From positions 512,001 through 576,000 of the forward strand of contig OZ245056.1 of the NCBI GenBank assembly GCA_965224705.1: 64,000 nt of DNA, in the 5' to 3' direction. The position numbers and the translations under genes are program-made. Shown piece by piece: positions 1 to 10,557 of the stretch (position 1 is its first letter; every line of letters begins with the position of its first letter). The stretch is from Spirochaetaceae bacterium. GTDB taxonomy: Bacteria > Spirochaetota > Spirochaetia > DSM-2461. The notes beneath the pieces are model-generated. The model saw only the letters and a program-made list of their open reading frames with translations. It was not told the origin of the DNA and searched no databases.

Positions 1-101
1 AGCCCAATAACGCGTTAAACGCAGGAATGCAGAAAATCGCGGCCGGTCAGGCTACCGCCGAAGAAATTGCCGAAGAAGTGGAAAATCTGCTTCGAAACTA
101 G
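1..101 (+). CDS. 3' end of probable ABC sugar-binding protein (partial)
   Basis: Frame ...PNNALNAGMQKIAAGQATAEEIAEEVENLLRN* ends at TAG 99-101, directly upstream of two sugar permeases. Confidence 0.6.
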   Translation, partial: PNNALNAGMQKIAAGQATAEEIAEEVENLLRN

Positions 102-262
102 GGGCCTGTCGGATTTACGTCTCACGGATCGATTTTTGCCCTTTTTCCCTGTTGCTGCGTTGCCAAAATACTCACGTAGCCCAGCTACGCTCCGTTTTTG
201 TCGCCTTGCATCAGGAAAAAATCATCAAAAATCGCCTCGAAGCCTTAAAATCCGACAGACTC
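102..262 (+). mobile_element. MITE family A, copy 1
   Basis: Ends GGGCCTGTCGGATTT...AAATCCGACAGACTC, flanked by CTAG/CCAG; near-identical copies at 21066, 38027 and 62269, shorter ones at 27294 and 59900. Confidence 0.85.
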
Positions 263-336
263 CCAGGCATTTCCGATCTTAATGAAGGGGGATTTTGGTT
301 CCCCTTCATTTTATTTACCTTCTCCAGGAGTTTTAT

Positions 337-1251
337 TTGACCACTAGACGACGAAAAGACTTGCTTATATTTTTCGGATTCGTGACGCCCGGCCTTCTGG
401 TGTACCTGTTTATCGTTGCCTATCCGGTAGTCTATTCTCTGGGATTGAGTTTTACCGATTACAATCCCAACAAGGGTGGGCAGTGGGAATTCGTGGGGAT
501 GCTTCATTACAAAACGATGATCACCAACCCGATGTTCTGGCACTCACTTAAAAATAACATGATTGTTGTCGCCGTCTCGGTATTCGGCCAGATTCCCATC
601 GGACTTATTCTTGCCTACATCCTGTTCAGGAAGATGGTCGGCTGCAGGGGAATTCTTCAGGCAATGGTGTTCCTCCCTCATTTTCTCTCGACAATTGTTA
701 TCGGTACGATGTGGAAGCGAATATTTCAGGCGGACGGCCCGGTGTCCAGATTGATACAGATGATTTCAGGCGACCCCGGTGCTCAATTCGACCTCATGCT
801 GAAAGCCAACACGGTGATGATTCCCATCGCCTTTGCCCTTATATGGATGTATACGGGATTGTACATGATAATCTTTCTTGCCAACATGCAGAAAATAAAC
901 AACAGTATGATCGAATCGGCGAAAATTGATGGCGCATCTGAATCGCAGATCTTTTTCAGGATAATCGGGCCCCTCTTATCCGGAACAATTCTTGTTTCGA
1001 CGGTTCTGGCCATTGCCGGTTCACTCCGCGGATTTGATCTGATATTCGCCCTCACCACGGAGGGGCTGCAGCGGAACAACGCAATGGTTCTTCCTATTTT
1101 TATGTACCAGACCGCATTTCAGGATTACAGTAATTCCATGCGCTTTGCCTTTGGGTCGGCCATCTCCAATGCAATTGTATTCATAAGCATAGGACTTATT
1201 TTGTTTTCCAATTTTATCGGCAAACGGCTAAAAGCCGGAGAGGTGAGCTGA
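337..1251 (+). CDS. Carbohydrate ABC transporter permease
   Basis: Hydrophobic, EAA loop ESAKIDGASESQIF; TTG at 337 follows AGGAG. Confidence 0.9.
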   Translation: MTTRRRKDLLIFFGFVTPGLLVYLFIVAYPVVYSLGLSFTDYNPNKGGQWEFVGMLHYKTMITNPMFWHSLKNNMIVVAVSVFGQIPIGLILAYILFRKMVGCRGILQAMVFLPHFLSTIVIGTMWKRIFQADGPVSRLIQMISGDPGAQFDLMLKANTVMIPIAFALIWMYTGLYMIIFLANMQKINNSMIESAKIDGASESQIFFRIIGPLLSGTILVSTVLAIAGSLRGFDLIFALTTEGLQRNNAMVLPIFMYQTAFQDYSNSMRFAFGSAISNAIVFISIGLILFSNFIGKRLKAGEVS

Positions 1252-1252
1252 C

Positions 1253-2365
1253 ATGGGAACAGCGAAAACAATGAAACCGATCAACCTTTCACCGGTTCTA
1301 GGGAGAACTCTTTCATACATCATCTTCATCACCTGGGCGCTGATAACAATTCTCCCCCTTTTCTGGATGCTTTATTCTTCTTTTAAGTCGAACGAAGAGA
1401 TGACGAAGAATATCTATGCTTTTCCCCGGGCCCTCTTCGATAATCATGATGATGAATACGTTGTCATCAAACCCGACCTCAACACCATATTTCCCTATGA
1501 CCCCGATGCTGATACCCGGGAACGGCTAATTATCGAGTCGACAACCATCGCCCCGAGAAGAAGGCTGATGGTTCATTTTCTCCTAAAAGAAAAACTCCCC
1601 CAGGAAATTGCTCAGCTGGAAGTTGGCGGCAAGGTGGTCGTCTCTCAACTGCCGCCGGAGATGCGGCGAAGTATAAAATGGAAAACGGTTTGGTACAACT
1701 ATACATCCGCCTTTGTCAGAGGCGGATTATTGATGAAATTCGTCAATAGTCTTATCTACACAATTACATCAACCTTCCTGATCATACTCCTGAGCATGAT
1801 GATCAGCTTTGCCTTGAGTAAGATGAAGTTTCCCCTCATGTCAAAAATAATTACAGGGATTATCGGCTTAGGCTATCTCATCAGCATTCAGTCCCTGATA
1901 ATTCCCCTGTTTCTGCTGCTCTCCTCGGCGGGGCTTACCGACACCCACCCCGGCATTATTCTCGTGTATACGGCATTTGGAATGCCCCTGGCGGTATTAT
2001 TGACAACACAGTTTATGCGGGGATTGCCGGACAGCCTCATTGAATCGGCCTATATTGATGGGGCCTCACCCTTCCGGGCTTTTTTAAGCATCATTACGCC
2101 CATGTCTATTCCGGTGATTATTACCGTCTCCATTATTAGTGCCCTTGGCACCTGGAATGAATTCCTCCTGGTTCTTGTCCTTGCCAGTTCTGAAGCGACG
2201 AAATCGCTTCCCGTGGGTGTGTTTTCCTTTGCGAGCCTGACCAGCATTGAACGGGGCTGGCAAATGGCCGCGCTGGTGATCGCGACATTGCCCGCGATGC
2301 TTGTTTATTTCATCTTCAACAAGCAGTTGACCAGGGGAGTTGTCGCCGGGGCGGTAAAGGGATAG
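1253..2365 (+). CDS. Carbohydrate ABC transporter permease with extracytoplasmic insert
   Basis: EAA motif ESAYIDGAS; C-terminus GVVAGAVKG. Confidence 0.9.
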   Translation: MGTAKTMKPINLSPVLGRTLSYIIFITWALITILPLFWMLYSSFKSNEEMTKNIYAFPRALFDNHDDEYVVIKPDLNTIFPYDPDADTRERLIIESTTIAPRRRLMVHFLLKEKLPQEIAQLEVGGKVVVSQLPPEMRRSIKWKTVWYNYTSAFVRGGLLMKFVNSLIYTITSTFLIILLSMMISFALSKMKFPLMSKIITGIIGLGYLISIQSLIIPLFLLLSSAGLTDTHPGIILVYTAFGMPLAVLLTTQFMRGLPDSLIESAYIDGASPFRAFLSIITPMSIPVIITVSIISALGTWNEFLLVLVLASSEATKSLPVGVFSFASLTSIERGWQMAALVIATLPAMLVYFIFNKQLTRGVVAGAVKG

Positions 2366-2371
2366 ATAAAA

Positions 2372-4162
2372 ATGAAAAACCTCCTTCTTGTTCCCCATCC
2401 CAGGCGGCTGGAACGAACCGGCGGCAGATGCGCAATCGGAGGGAGAATGAAAGATGAAATAGATGCTTATATTTTGACCTCTCCCCTGCCGATGGGAATA
2501 AGAAATCTTTCCTCTCCGAGGCCGAGGCATGAGCAATGGCACCGGCTGACTCTTTCCGCTGCCGGTATTGAAATCGAATCAAACAACCAGCGGGGCACAT
2601 TCTATGCCATTCAGACGATAAAGCAGCTTCTCAGACAGGCAGAAGCAGGTAAAGATGGATCATTTATTCTTCCCTGTCTTATCATAGAAGACTGGCCGGA
2701 GTATTCCGTTCGGGGCGTGTCTCTGGACATCGCCCGCGACCGGGTGCCCACCATGGAAACACTTCACAGCCTCATCGATTTCTGGGCCGGGCTTAAGTAT
2801 AATCAATTGCAGTTGTATTCAGAACATGTCTTCGCATATAAGAATCATCCCACGGTATGGAAGGAGGCCTCACCGCTCAGGGCCGCTGAAATAAAAGAGC
2901 TGGATGCATACTGCCTGGTCCGGGGGATTGAACTGGTGCCGAATCAGAACTCGGTGGGCCACATGGAGCGGTGGCTGAAGCATCCTGAGTATTTTCATCT
3001 GGCCGAAACCCCCGAAGGATTTACCGATGAGCATGGTGTTTTTTACTCCGCCTCATCTTCATTGTCTCCGGCGGTTCCCGAAAGCCTCGACTTCCTGGGT
3101 GATCTCTATGACGAGCTCCTGCCCAATTTTACCAGCCTGCAATTCAACATCGGGGGAGATGAGCCCTGGGAACTCGGGCAGGGCAGGGCTGCCGATCTAT
3201 GCGCAAAATATGGGAAGGGGCGGGTTTATTTTGAGTTCCTTAAAAAAATCCATACCCTCGTCCGGGAGAGGGGAAGAAAAATGCAGTTATACGGGGACAT
3301 CGTTCTTCGCTATCCTGATTTGATAAGAGAACTTCCAGAAGATATCACCATTGTAAACTGGGGCTATGAGGCGGACCATCCCTTTGAAAAAGAATGCAAG
3401 CAGATCGGCAGAACGGGATTACCCTTCTATGTTTGTGCCGGTGCTTCCTCCTGGAACTCCATCGGGGGACGCTGGAGAAACGCTGAAACCAATATCATTA
3501 CCGCGGCGGCGGAGGGGAAGAAGAATAATGCCGAAGGTTTCCTTATTTCCGAGTGGGGCGATAACGGGCACTGGCAGCAGTATTCCGTGGCGGTTCCGGC
3601 ATACCTGGCTGCCGCAAGCATATCCTGGAATCCTAAGGGCTACCGCTCCGAGGATCTGGAGGCAAATCTTGGCCTCCACTATTTCGGAAATACCGAAGCC
3701 TCCCGTGCCTTGATGATTCTTCAGGATGTTTGGGATAATCCGGTGAAACTCCTGCATAATGCCTCAATTCAAGGGGCGGCCCTTCTGGATCCTGTATTCC
3801 CCTATCATCAGAAGGATTTCACCGCTTTTCAAAACTATGATTTTGAACGTGAGTTTGGGCTTATTGAAGAGGCTCAAACCGCCTTACGAGGGGGAGGCGG
3901 CAGTGCTGTTTTAGAAGATGAGATTGCCTTCACCGCCCGGCTGTACTACCACGGCACCAAGCTGTGTAAAAACCGTTTCGCGGCTCAGGGATTATCGGTT
4001 CATGAAATCCCAGGGGAAATACGCAAAGAGCTTTCGGCCGACCTGGCCGGGATTATCGAGTGGTATGAATCTCTATGGCTGCATCGGAGCCGTCCCGGAG
4101 GATTGGAAGACAGCGTGAAGAGGATGAAGAAATTACAGAACCAATACGGGATTGCGGAATGA
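2372..4162 (+). CDS. GH20-family beta-N-acetylhexosaminidase
   Basis: DWPEYSVRGVSLDIARDR, catalytic NIGGDE, WGDNGH. Confidence 0.85.
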   Translation: MKNLLLVPHPRRLERTGGRCAIGGRMKDEIDAYILTSPLPMGIRNLSSPRPRHEQWHRLTLSAAGIEIESNNQRGTFYAIQTIKQLLRQAEAGKDGSFILPCLIIEDWPEYSVRGVSLDIARDRVPTMETLHSLIDFWAGLKYNQLQLYSEHVFAYKNHPTVWKEASPLRAAEIKELDAYCLVRGIELVPNQNSVGHMERWLKHPEYFHLAETPEGFTDEHGVFYSASSSLSPAVPESLDFLGDLYDELLPNFTSLQFNIGGDEPWELGQGRAADLCAKYGKGRVYFEFLKKIHTLVRERGRKMQLYGDIVLRYPDLIRELPEDITIVNWGYEADHPFEKECKQIGRTGLPFYVCAGASSWNSIGGRWRNAETNIITAAAEGKKNNAEGFLISEWGDNGHWQQYSVAVPAYLAAASISWNPKGYRSEDLEANLGLHYFGNTEASRALMILQDVWDNPVKLLHNASIQGAALLDPVFPYHQKDFTAFQNYDFEREFGLIEEAQTALRGGGGSAVLEDEIAFTARLYYHGTKLCKNRFAAQGLSVHEIPGEIRKELSADLAGIIEWYESLWLHRSRPGGLEDSVKRMKKLQNQYGIAE

Positions 4163-6663
4163 ATCGCGTCGATCTTTCCGGCTCCTGGGAACTCATCGGT
4201 GACGAACGCAGTATCCGAGTGCCCATTGAGCTTCCCGGCGACAATTACACAGCTTTGGCCAATGCCGGAATAATTCCCGATCCGTATTTCGGACAAAATG
4301 AGCTATCCTGCCAATGGGTTGGACAAAGCGACTGGATTTTCAGGCGCTCCTTTTCATTAGATGCTGATTTTATTGACTCGGGGAATGTCTATCTTCACTG
4401 CGATTCCCTTGATACCTTCGGTACAGTCAAAATCAACGGGAAAACAGCGGGGGAGTCCTGGAACGCGTTCACCCCATTTCGGAAAACGGTTACGGAATTG
4501 CTCTTGCCTGGAGAGAATACGATCGAGGTTTTGATTCGTTCGGCCGAGAATGAGGCCGCCCTCAGAGAAAAACGTCTGGATTATCCCGTGCCTCATAGTC
4601 ATTATCCTGTTCAGTCCCCCCACCGCAACCTTGTGCGAAAAACCCAGTGTCACAGCGGCTGGGATTGGGGCCCCTGCCTGATGGCAAGCGGGCTGTATGG
4701 GGATATTTATCTGCAATCCGTCCCCGGGGTCCGTGTCGATTATTTTCACGGGGAAACTCTAAACCGGGAGGGAAGGTGGTTGGTCAATTCAACTCTGGAA
4801 GTTTTTTGTTATGACCCCGGTGAGAGGCTCCTCGATATTTCCCTATCGGAAGAACCGGACAGGGGGGATGAATTGGGGAAGAACCCTGACCTGAATTTTG
4901 GAATTCCGAAGGTTAGTGAAAAGGTCAATCTAAAAAAAGGTATAAATACACTTTCCTATTCCTTTCCGGTGGAAGATCCCCGGCTGTGGTGGCCGAATGG
5001 TTTTGGCGGGCAGCCTCTGTATGCCCTGAAGATGGAACTGCAGGGTGAAACTTTAATACAGCGAATTGGTTTTCGAACGATTGAAATAAAAGCCGAGTCT
5101 GATGACTCTGGCAAGAGTATGGTGTTTTCTGTAAACCGCCGGGAGATATTCTGCAAGGGGGCGAACTGGATTCCTCTGGATGCCCTGCCCGGCAGGAAAA
5201 ATGATGACCGCCTTGAGGCTCTTCTTTCTGATGCGGTTTCGGCCAACATGAACATGCTCAGGGTATGGGGAGGGGGAAGTTATGAATCCGAGCGGTTTTA
5301 CCAGGCCTGTGATGAAAAGGGGATACTCCTATGGCAGGATTTTATGTTTTCCTGTTCATGTTATCCCGGGCATACTGATTTTTTGACTGAGGTTGAAGAA
5401 GAAGTCCGGCACCAGGTGAAGAGGCTGAAATTCCATCCCTCCCTGGCTCTCTGGTGCGGCAACAACGAATGCCTTGGAGCCCTGACCTGGTTCAAGGAAA
5501 GTCAGCAGAACCGGGATAAGTATCTTGTGGATTATGACCGGCTTTACGAGGGCGTTATCGGGAAGGCTGTGAGGGAAATTGACCCAAACAGGAAATGGTG
5601 GTCCAGTTCACCATCGGGAGGCCCCGCGGATTATTCCGACTGCTGGCACAATGATACCAGGGGGGATATGCATTATTGGAGTGTATGGCACGAAGGAAGG
5701 CCTTTTGAAGCGTACTACGATGTGACACCGCGATTTTGCTCCGAATTCGGCTTTCAGTCATTTCCTTCCATGGACACCCTGTCCTCATTTGTGCCGGCGG
5801 GTCAATACAATCTCACCTCACCGGTGATGGAACACCATCAGCGGCACCCCCGGGGGAACGCGGTGATCATTGAAACTCTTTGCCGCTATTTCCGGTTCCC
5901 GGAAAAGTTTGAACATTTTCTGTATTTAAGCCAGGTTCAGCAGGCATTGGCGATGCAGACCGCAATCGATTACTGGCGCAGCAGCCGTCCAGTCTGTATG
6001 GGAACCCTTTATTGGCAGCTGAATGATGTCTGGCCGGCGGCTTCCTGGTCGTCGGTGGAGTATTCCGGCAGATGGAAGCTGCTCCATTACGTTATAAGGC
6101 GTGCGTATGATCCGGCTGCCATAGCCGTGTTTATAAAGGACGATTTTCTTCAAGTATGGGGATTAAACGATTTGGCCGGATCGATTGGAGGCGAACTGGA
6201 GTTGTCATACATCGATTTCCAGGGACGGCCTGTTTCGGTGGTACAGAAAAATGTTACGCTGAATGCCGAGTCGGCCGTCAGAATGTACACTGCTGAACTG
6301 AGTGGTCTGCCTGTTCAAAAAGATCGGGGATTTTTCCGGGCACGATTTCGCGGCGGTGATATAAAGCGGGAGAGCAGTATTTTTTTGACTCTTCCCAAAG
6401 AATGTTCTATTGAGTTGCCCAATATAAAATTCACGGCGGATGAAGAAAAAGACGGCAGAATAAGAATATCTTTATCGACGGACAAACCCGCATTTTTTGT
6501 GTCCCTTGATTCGGGAAGTATCCGGGGGGTATTTTCGGACAACTGCTTTCCTATGTTTCCGGGAGAGGAAAAAACCGTGGTGTTTACTCCAGGGCAGGGG
6601 GGGTCAATTGAAGAATTTAAATCGGAACTGACGCTGAATCATCTTCGAAAAACGTATAGCTGA
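4159..6663 (+). CDS. GH2 beta-mannosidase
   Basis: WDWGP, KGANWIP, NMLRVWGGG, WCGNNE, SEFGFQS, YWQLND; ATG at 4159 overlaps the upstream stop. Confidence 0.9.
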   Translation: MNRVDLSGSWELIGDERSIRVPIELPGDNYTALANAGIIPDPYFGQNELSCQWVGQSDWIFRRSFSLDADFIDSGNVYLHCDSLDTFGTVKINGKTAGESWNAFTPFRKTVTELLLPGENTIEVLIRSAENEAALREKRLDYPVPHSHYPVQSPHRNLVRKTQCHSGWDWGPCLMASGLYGDIYLQSVPGVRVDYFHGETLNREGRWLVNSTLEVFCYDPGERLLDISLSEEPDRGDELGKNPDLNFGIPKVSEKVNLKKGINTLSYSFPVEDPRLWWPNGFGGQPLYALKMELQGETLIQRIGFRTIEIKAESDDSGKSMVFSVNRREIFCKGANWIPLDALPGRKNDDRLEALLSDAVSANMNMLRVWGGGSYESERFYQACDEKGILLWQDFMFSCSCYPGHTDFLTEVEEEVRHQVKRLKFHPSLALWCGNNECLGALTWFKESQQNRDKYLVDYDRLYEGVIGKAVREIDPNRKWWSSSPSGGPADYSDCWHNDTRGDMHYWSVWHEGRPFEAYYDVTPRFCSEFGFQSFPSMDTLSSFVPAGQYNLTSPVMEHHQRHPRGNAVIIETLCRYFRFPEKFEHFLYLSQVQQALAMQTAIDYWRSSRPVCMGTLYWQLNDVWPAASWSSVEYSGRWKLLHYVIRRAYDPAAIAVFIKDDFLQVWGLNDLAGSIGGELELSYIDFQGRPVSVVQKNVTLNAESAVRMYTAELSGLPVQKDRGFFRARFRGGDIKRESSIFLTLPKECSIELPNIKFTADEEKDGRIRISLSTDKPAFFVSLDSGSIRGVFSDNCFPMFPGEEKTVVFTPGQGGSIEEFKSELTLNHLRKTYS

Positions 6664-6840
6664 ATCGCTATTGAGTTAGCCGAAAGAATACATGCATGGG
6701 GGTAGGTGTAGAGGGCAATCGCACCTAAAAAGACATCAAGCAGGTGAATTGCCAGGTAACAATCCGTTTTTTATGGAACGCATGATTTCAAGAACCCTAC
6801 AGACCGGTAGAATATGTCAACTGGAACTTCTTCCCAGTGC

Positions 6841-6926
6841 GCTTGTGGATTGCCTTTCACAGCCACTACAATCCGGGCTATAGCGATCGCTATTGGAGCC
6901 TTCGCTTCGTGTTGAGGACCAATTAG
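6841..6926 (+). pseudogene. Orphan DGR variable-region (VR) remnant
   Basis: Aligns codon-for-codon with the 3' end of 7026..7982 and shares the ending TTGAGGACCAATTAG. Confidence 0.75.
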
Positions 6927-7025
6927 TTTTATGGTATCTTGAAGAACGAGAAGGCCCTCACTCCGATTTGACATTCTCCCCTTAAGGACGCTAAAGTCAG
7001 TAATCCAGACAAACAGGAGAAAAAA

Positions 7026-7982
7026 ACGAAAAAACTGAAAAGCCGCCCCAAAAAATACATTCCCATAGCCATCCTGCTATTCCTGCCCCTGCTCAGTGCC
7101 GCCAGCAGCCGCCCGCTTAGCGCGCATGCCCGCCTCCGCCAGGCCCCGCCCGCCGTACCTGCCCACAGTCCGGCGGAAAACGCTGACATAACACTGACCT
7201 CGTGGGATGACTGGGATGACTGGGATGACTATGACTGGGAAGCAGTGGGAATGGTCTATGTGGAAGGCGGCAGTTTCCAGATGGGCAGTACCGACAGTGA
7301 TGCTGATTCGGATGAAAGCCCGGTGCACAGCGTAAGGGTGGATTCGTTTTACATGGCTGAAACGGAAGTGACATTTGATCAGTATGACGCATACTGCGAT
7401 GACCAGAGAATCAGTAAGCCCGACGATGAGGGCTGGGGCCGGGGAAGCCGTCCGGTGATCTATGTGAGTTGGTATGACGCAGTGAAGTACTGCAACTGGC
7501 TGAGTGAGCAAGCTGGCCTACCGAAGGCGTATAGCATAAGCGGCACAAGTGTAAACTGGAATCAGAATGCCGAAGGCTATCGTTTGCCAACGGAAGCCGA
7601 GTGGGAGTACGCGGCGCGGGGGGGAAAGCATTCCCGGGGATATAAATATGCCGGGAGTAACAATGTTGGCGAAGTTGGGTGGTATTCTGGAAATTCCGGA
7701 GGGAAAACCCATCCGGTTAAGGGTAAGAAGGCCAATGAGCTGGGGCTGTATGACATGAGCGGGAATGTGTGGGAATGGTGCTGGGATTGGTATGATTCGG
7801 ATTACTATTCCATTTCACCTGGAGGCAATCTCACAGGGCCGTCAAGCGGGTCCTACCGCGTGATTCGCGGCGGCAGTTGGGGCCTCAATCCGGAGGGCTT
7901 GCGGGTTGCCGCTCGCGGCGGCAACAGTCCGGGCTACAGCAACCTCCTTTTGTGCTTTCGCCCCGTTTTGAGGACCAATTAG
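7026..7982 (+). CDS. FGE-sulfatase/CLec-domain protein, DGR target 1 (start ACG where the paralog has ATG; alternative start 7245)
   Basis: RLPTEAEWEYAARGG, GLYDMSGNVWEW, RVIRGGSW; N-terminus near-identical to 12920; TGGGATGAC x3 insert. Confidence 0.85.
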   Translation, partial: TKKLKSRPKKYIPIAILLFLPLLSAASSRPLSAHARLRQAPPAVPAHSPAENADITLTSWDDWDDWDDYDWEAVGMVYVEGGSFQMGSTDSDADSDESPVHSVRVDSFYMAETEVTFDQYDAYCDDQRISKPDDEGWGRGSRPVIYVSWYDAVKYCNWLSEQAGLPKAYSISGTSVNWNQNAEGYRLPTEAEWEYAARGGKHSRGYKYAGSNNVGEVGWYSGNSGGKTHPVKGKKANELGLYDMSGNVWEWCWDWYDSDYYSISPGGNLTGPSSGSYRVIRGGSWGLNPEGLRVAARGGNSPGYSNLLLCFRPVLRTN

Positions 7983-8140
7983 TTTTTGGTTTTTTACCTT
8001 TTTACCTTATTCGCATCCTGTCCCCATAACAGGGGCAAACAGATTTGTTCCGCTTTGTTTTGGTAGTATTGCGTCGTCAATGTGAAGAATTGGAGCGGAA
8101 CTTTTTTTTCAAATACCCGAAAGTAAAGAACAAGATATCT

Positions 8141-8275
8141 ATGCCATTTGAAATAATAACGATACATTACAATCCTGTTACAGACTCTTTTCATTCGGAT
8201 GAATTGAACAAATTCTGTCTGAATAAAAGGATTATACACAGGGAAACGGCGTTTTTTACAACGGAAAGTCAGTCT
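8141..8275 (+). pseudogene. Truncated N-terminus of DGR-associated HRDC accessory protein
   Basis: MPFEIITIHYNPVTDSFHSDELNKFCLNKRII resembles the ELNKFL..HRI motif of the 14185 gene and sits in the same position after a VR gene. Confidence 0.55.
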
Positions 8276-8347
8276 CTTGCCGCTGTCTATGGCCTTAGAG
8301 CCGGTTTCGGCATCAAAGGAAGTGGTCTTTTCGCCTAAAAGCAGCAT

Positions 8348-8615
8348 TAAACCGCAGAGATCACAGAGCTGCGCAGAGAGATATGAAATAAAAAGATTGA
8401 TCAATAATTACCTTGAACACTCTGCGCTCTCTGCGTCCTCTGCGGTTAAAAAACAAGGAATAAGGTATAAACCGCAGAGATCGCGGAGCGGCGCAGAGAA
8501 ATATGGCATAAGTAAAGATTAGTGAATAATTACCTTGAACTCTCTGCGTCCTCTGCGGTTAAAAACCATGAATAAGGCCTTGAATAATCTCCGTGAACTC
8601 CGTGCCTCCGTGAGA
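8348..8615. repeat. Tandem palindromic AACCGCAGAG...CTCTGCGGTT units
   Basis: Two ~100-bp hairpin units (about 8348-8449 and 8468-8562) with 9-bp periodic arms, plus CTCCGTGAACTCCGTGCCTCCGTG; related copies at 12710-12860, 15539 and 16250. Confidence 0.8.
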
Positions 8616-8639
8616 GAATTTCTGTAAAGTCCAGTCGGA

Positions 8640-10382
8640 TTATTCCTCACAATACAGGGACAAGTCCTTCCCCCTAAACCCAATGCCCAGAACCAACAAT
8701 TCCTTCGGATGCCATTTCTCCCTGACCCCCTCAAGGTATCCCTCCACCGCCTGGGCATAAGCGGCCTGGGCTAAGGTTTCCAATGCGGTATCAGCGGCAC
8801 TGTTTCCCTGCTTGAACTCGAACACAAAAGCCTTCTCGGCCTGAGCGGGATCGCTTCCCTTCCTGACCACCACAATGTCCGAACGGCCTCTCCCGTACTC
8901 CCGGTTACTGTCCACGGCATAGGCCGGACCAAGATAGGCCAGAAGCCCCAGTACAAGACCATGGTAGAAGTTTTCCCGTCTCTCCTCCTCGTCCCATGCG
9001 CTATCGTAATAACTGGCGAGGCCGAAGAGGATTCGCTTCAGGCTGCGTTCAATCAGTTGGGGATTGGCTTCTCTGATGCCGCTGATAAAGTCCGTAAAAT
9101 CCTCGTTGACGGACAGATCCTCCTTCAGCCAGCTCCGCACCACGGTTTCCCAGGCCGTCTCCACTTCTTTGTTGGGTATGGAGAGCCGCCAGCTGGTCCC
9201 CAGTTCTTCCTGCTGCATTTCGGAGGCCTTGAGGTAGCCGCTATGGAGGAGAAAACTCCATACCACATCCGGATCATTTTCTATCTGGGTGTAGGGAATG
9301 TTGGTTAAGAGCGGCTTGCGCACTTCCTCTTTCCGCAAAAGTTTTTCTGTTGTCATTTTAGCATCCCGGCGCTTTAGTTTGATGACGTCCTTGACGAGTC
9401 TGTTGTCGCTGGTGCTTATCCAATGCGGTTTCAGTCCTTCCTCGTGGGAGCTTAAGTAATTGACGATGCTCCAGGGATTGTAGATGACGGTGTCCCCGCC
9501 GAAGATGTATCCGTTGTACCATTCCTTGATTCCGTCCATTTTGTCTTCCAGACCGAAGTATGAGGTCATTTTTTCAAGTTCCAGCTCGGTAAATCCGAAG
9601 CAGTCCTTCATGGCCGGGGAAAGGATGGTGGAGACTCTGGGATTGTTGAAGTCGCTGAAGATGCTCTCCTGGGCGATTTTCAGTATGCCGATAAGCACAG
9701 CCTGTTTCAGGTGGGGGTTGTCCTTGAAGGTTTGCACCATGAAGCTGCGGATGAAGGCAATCATCTGATCGTAGTATTTGTCCACATGGGCCGAGTGCAG
9801 GGGCGTGTCGTACTCGTCCAGAAGGATGTAGGGCGGTTTGCCGTAGGCGCGATGGAGCCAGGCGGAGAGGGATTCAATGGATTGGGCACAGTCCTGATCC
9901 GTGCCGTTTCTGTTCAATATTCTGGAAAATAACTTTTCATCGGCTTCGTGCAGCATTCCGCAGCCATGCAGATATTCATGCCGCTGGTATTCTGCGGAAA
10001 GCATTTTCCTGATAATTTCCATGCACTCATTGAATGAAGCACCCTTGGCATCCTTAAAGCTCAAATGAATAACCGGATACTGCCCCATGAACTCGGCACA
10101 GCGCGGATGGGAGGCGATTGCAAGATCCTCAAAAAGGTAGGCGTTGGGAATGGTGAGTGATGAGTGGGAATCCTGGTGTTGGTGGGGTAGCGGGAGAACT
10201 TCCAGGAAGTAGCGGATCATGCTCAGGTTCAAGGTTTTGCCGAAGCGGCGGGGGCGGGTGATCAGATGGACTTCGTCGGAGTTTTCAATAAGATAACTGA
10301 CAAGATGGGTTTTATCGACAAAATAACAGTTTTCGTCGATGAATTTCTTAAAATCCGATATGCCCAGCCGCAACGTTTTCAT
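8640..10382 (-). CDS. AAA-ATPase-like + PD-(D/E)XK nuclease (PDDEXK_9-type) protein
   Basis: YFVDKT, TRPRRFGKT, LLDEYDTP, YNPWS, SNREYGRGRSD, FEFK. Confidence 0.9.
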   Translation of the reverse strand: MKTLRLGISDFKKFIDENCYFVDKTHLVSYLIENSDEVHLITRPRRFGKTLNLSMIRYFLEVLPLPHQHQDSHSSLTIPNAYLFEDLAIASHPRCAEFMGQYPVIHLSFKDAKGASFNECMEIIRKMLSAEYQRHEYLHGCGMLHEADEKLFSRILNRNGTDQDCAQSIESLSAWLHRAYGKPPYILLDEYDTPLHSAHVDKYYDQMIAFIRSFMVQTFKDNPHLKQAVLIGILKIAQESIFSDFNNPRVSTILSPAMKDCFGFTELELEKMTSYFGLEDKMDGIKEWYNGYIFGGDTVIYNPWSIVNYLSSHEEGLKPHWISTSDNRLVKDVIKLKRRDAKMTTEKLLRKEEVRKPLLTNIPYTQIENDPDVVWSFLLHSGYLKASEMQQEELGTSWRLSIPNKEVETAWETVVRSWLKEDLSVNEDFTDFISGIREANPQLIERSLKRILFGLASYYDSAWDEEERRENFYHGLVLGLLAYLGPAYAVDSNREYGRGRSDIVVVRKGSDPAQAEKAFVFEFKQGNSAADTALETLAQAAYAQAVEGYLEGVREKWHPKELLVLGIGFRGKDLSLYCEE

Positions 10383-10557
10383 GATTTTGAATTATAGCGG
10401 AATGCTATGGGGAATGGAAGCAATAACGGAAATTCGACATAAAAATGATCAATAACCCCTGCTCACTGAAAAAGGGGTGGAACGTCATGACTTAGTATGC
10501 ATTTGTTTTTACTGACTTAAACCCCGAAAGATTCACAATCATCAATCAGCAATCAAA

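Noticed and set aside
67..340. Short ORFs containing LPKYSRSPATLRF, also at 20974, 38014 and 62273
   Set aside because: Translations of MITE family A, not supported as genes
4075..4158. N-terminal extensions from the ORF track (also 21745, 48853, 53095)
   Set aside because: They overlap upstream genes or repeats; downstream starts fit family N-termini better
6841..6926. Possible TR
   Set aside because: Variable codons are already non-adenine (TTT, CAC, TAC, GAT) and it ends with the VR stop, so it is a VR remnant
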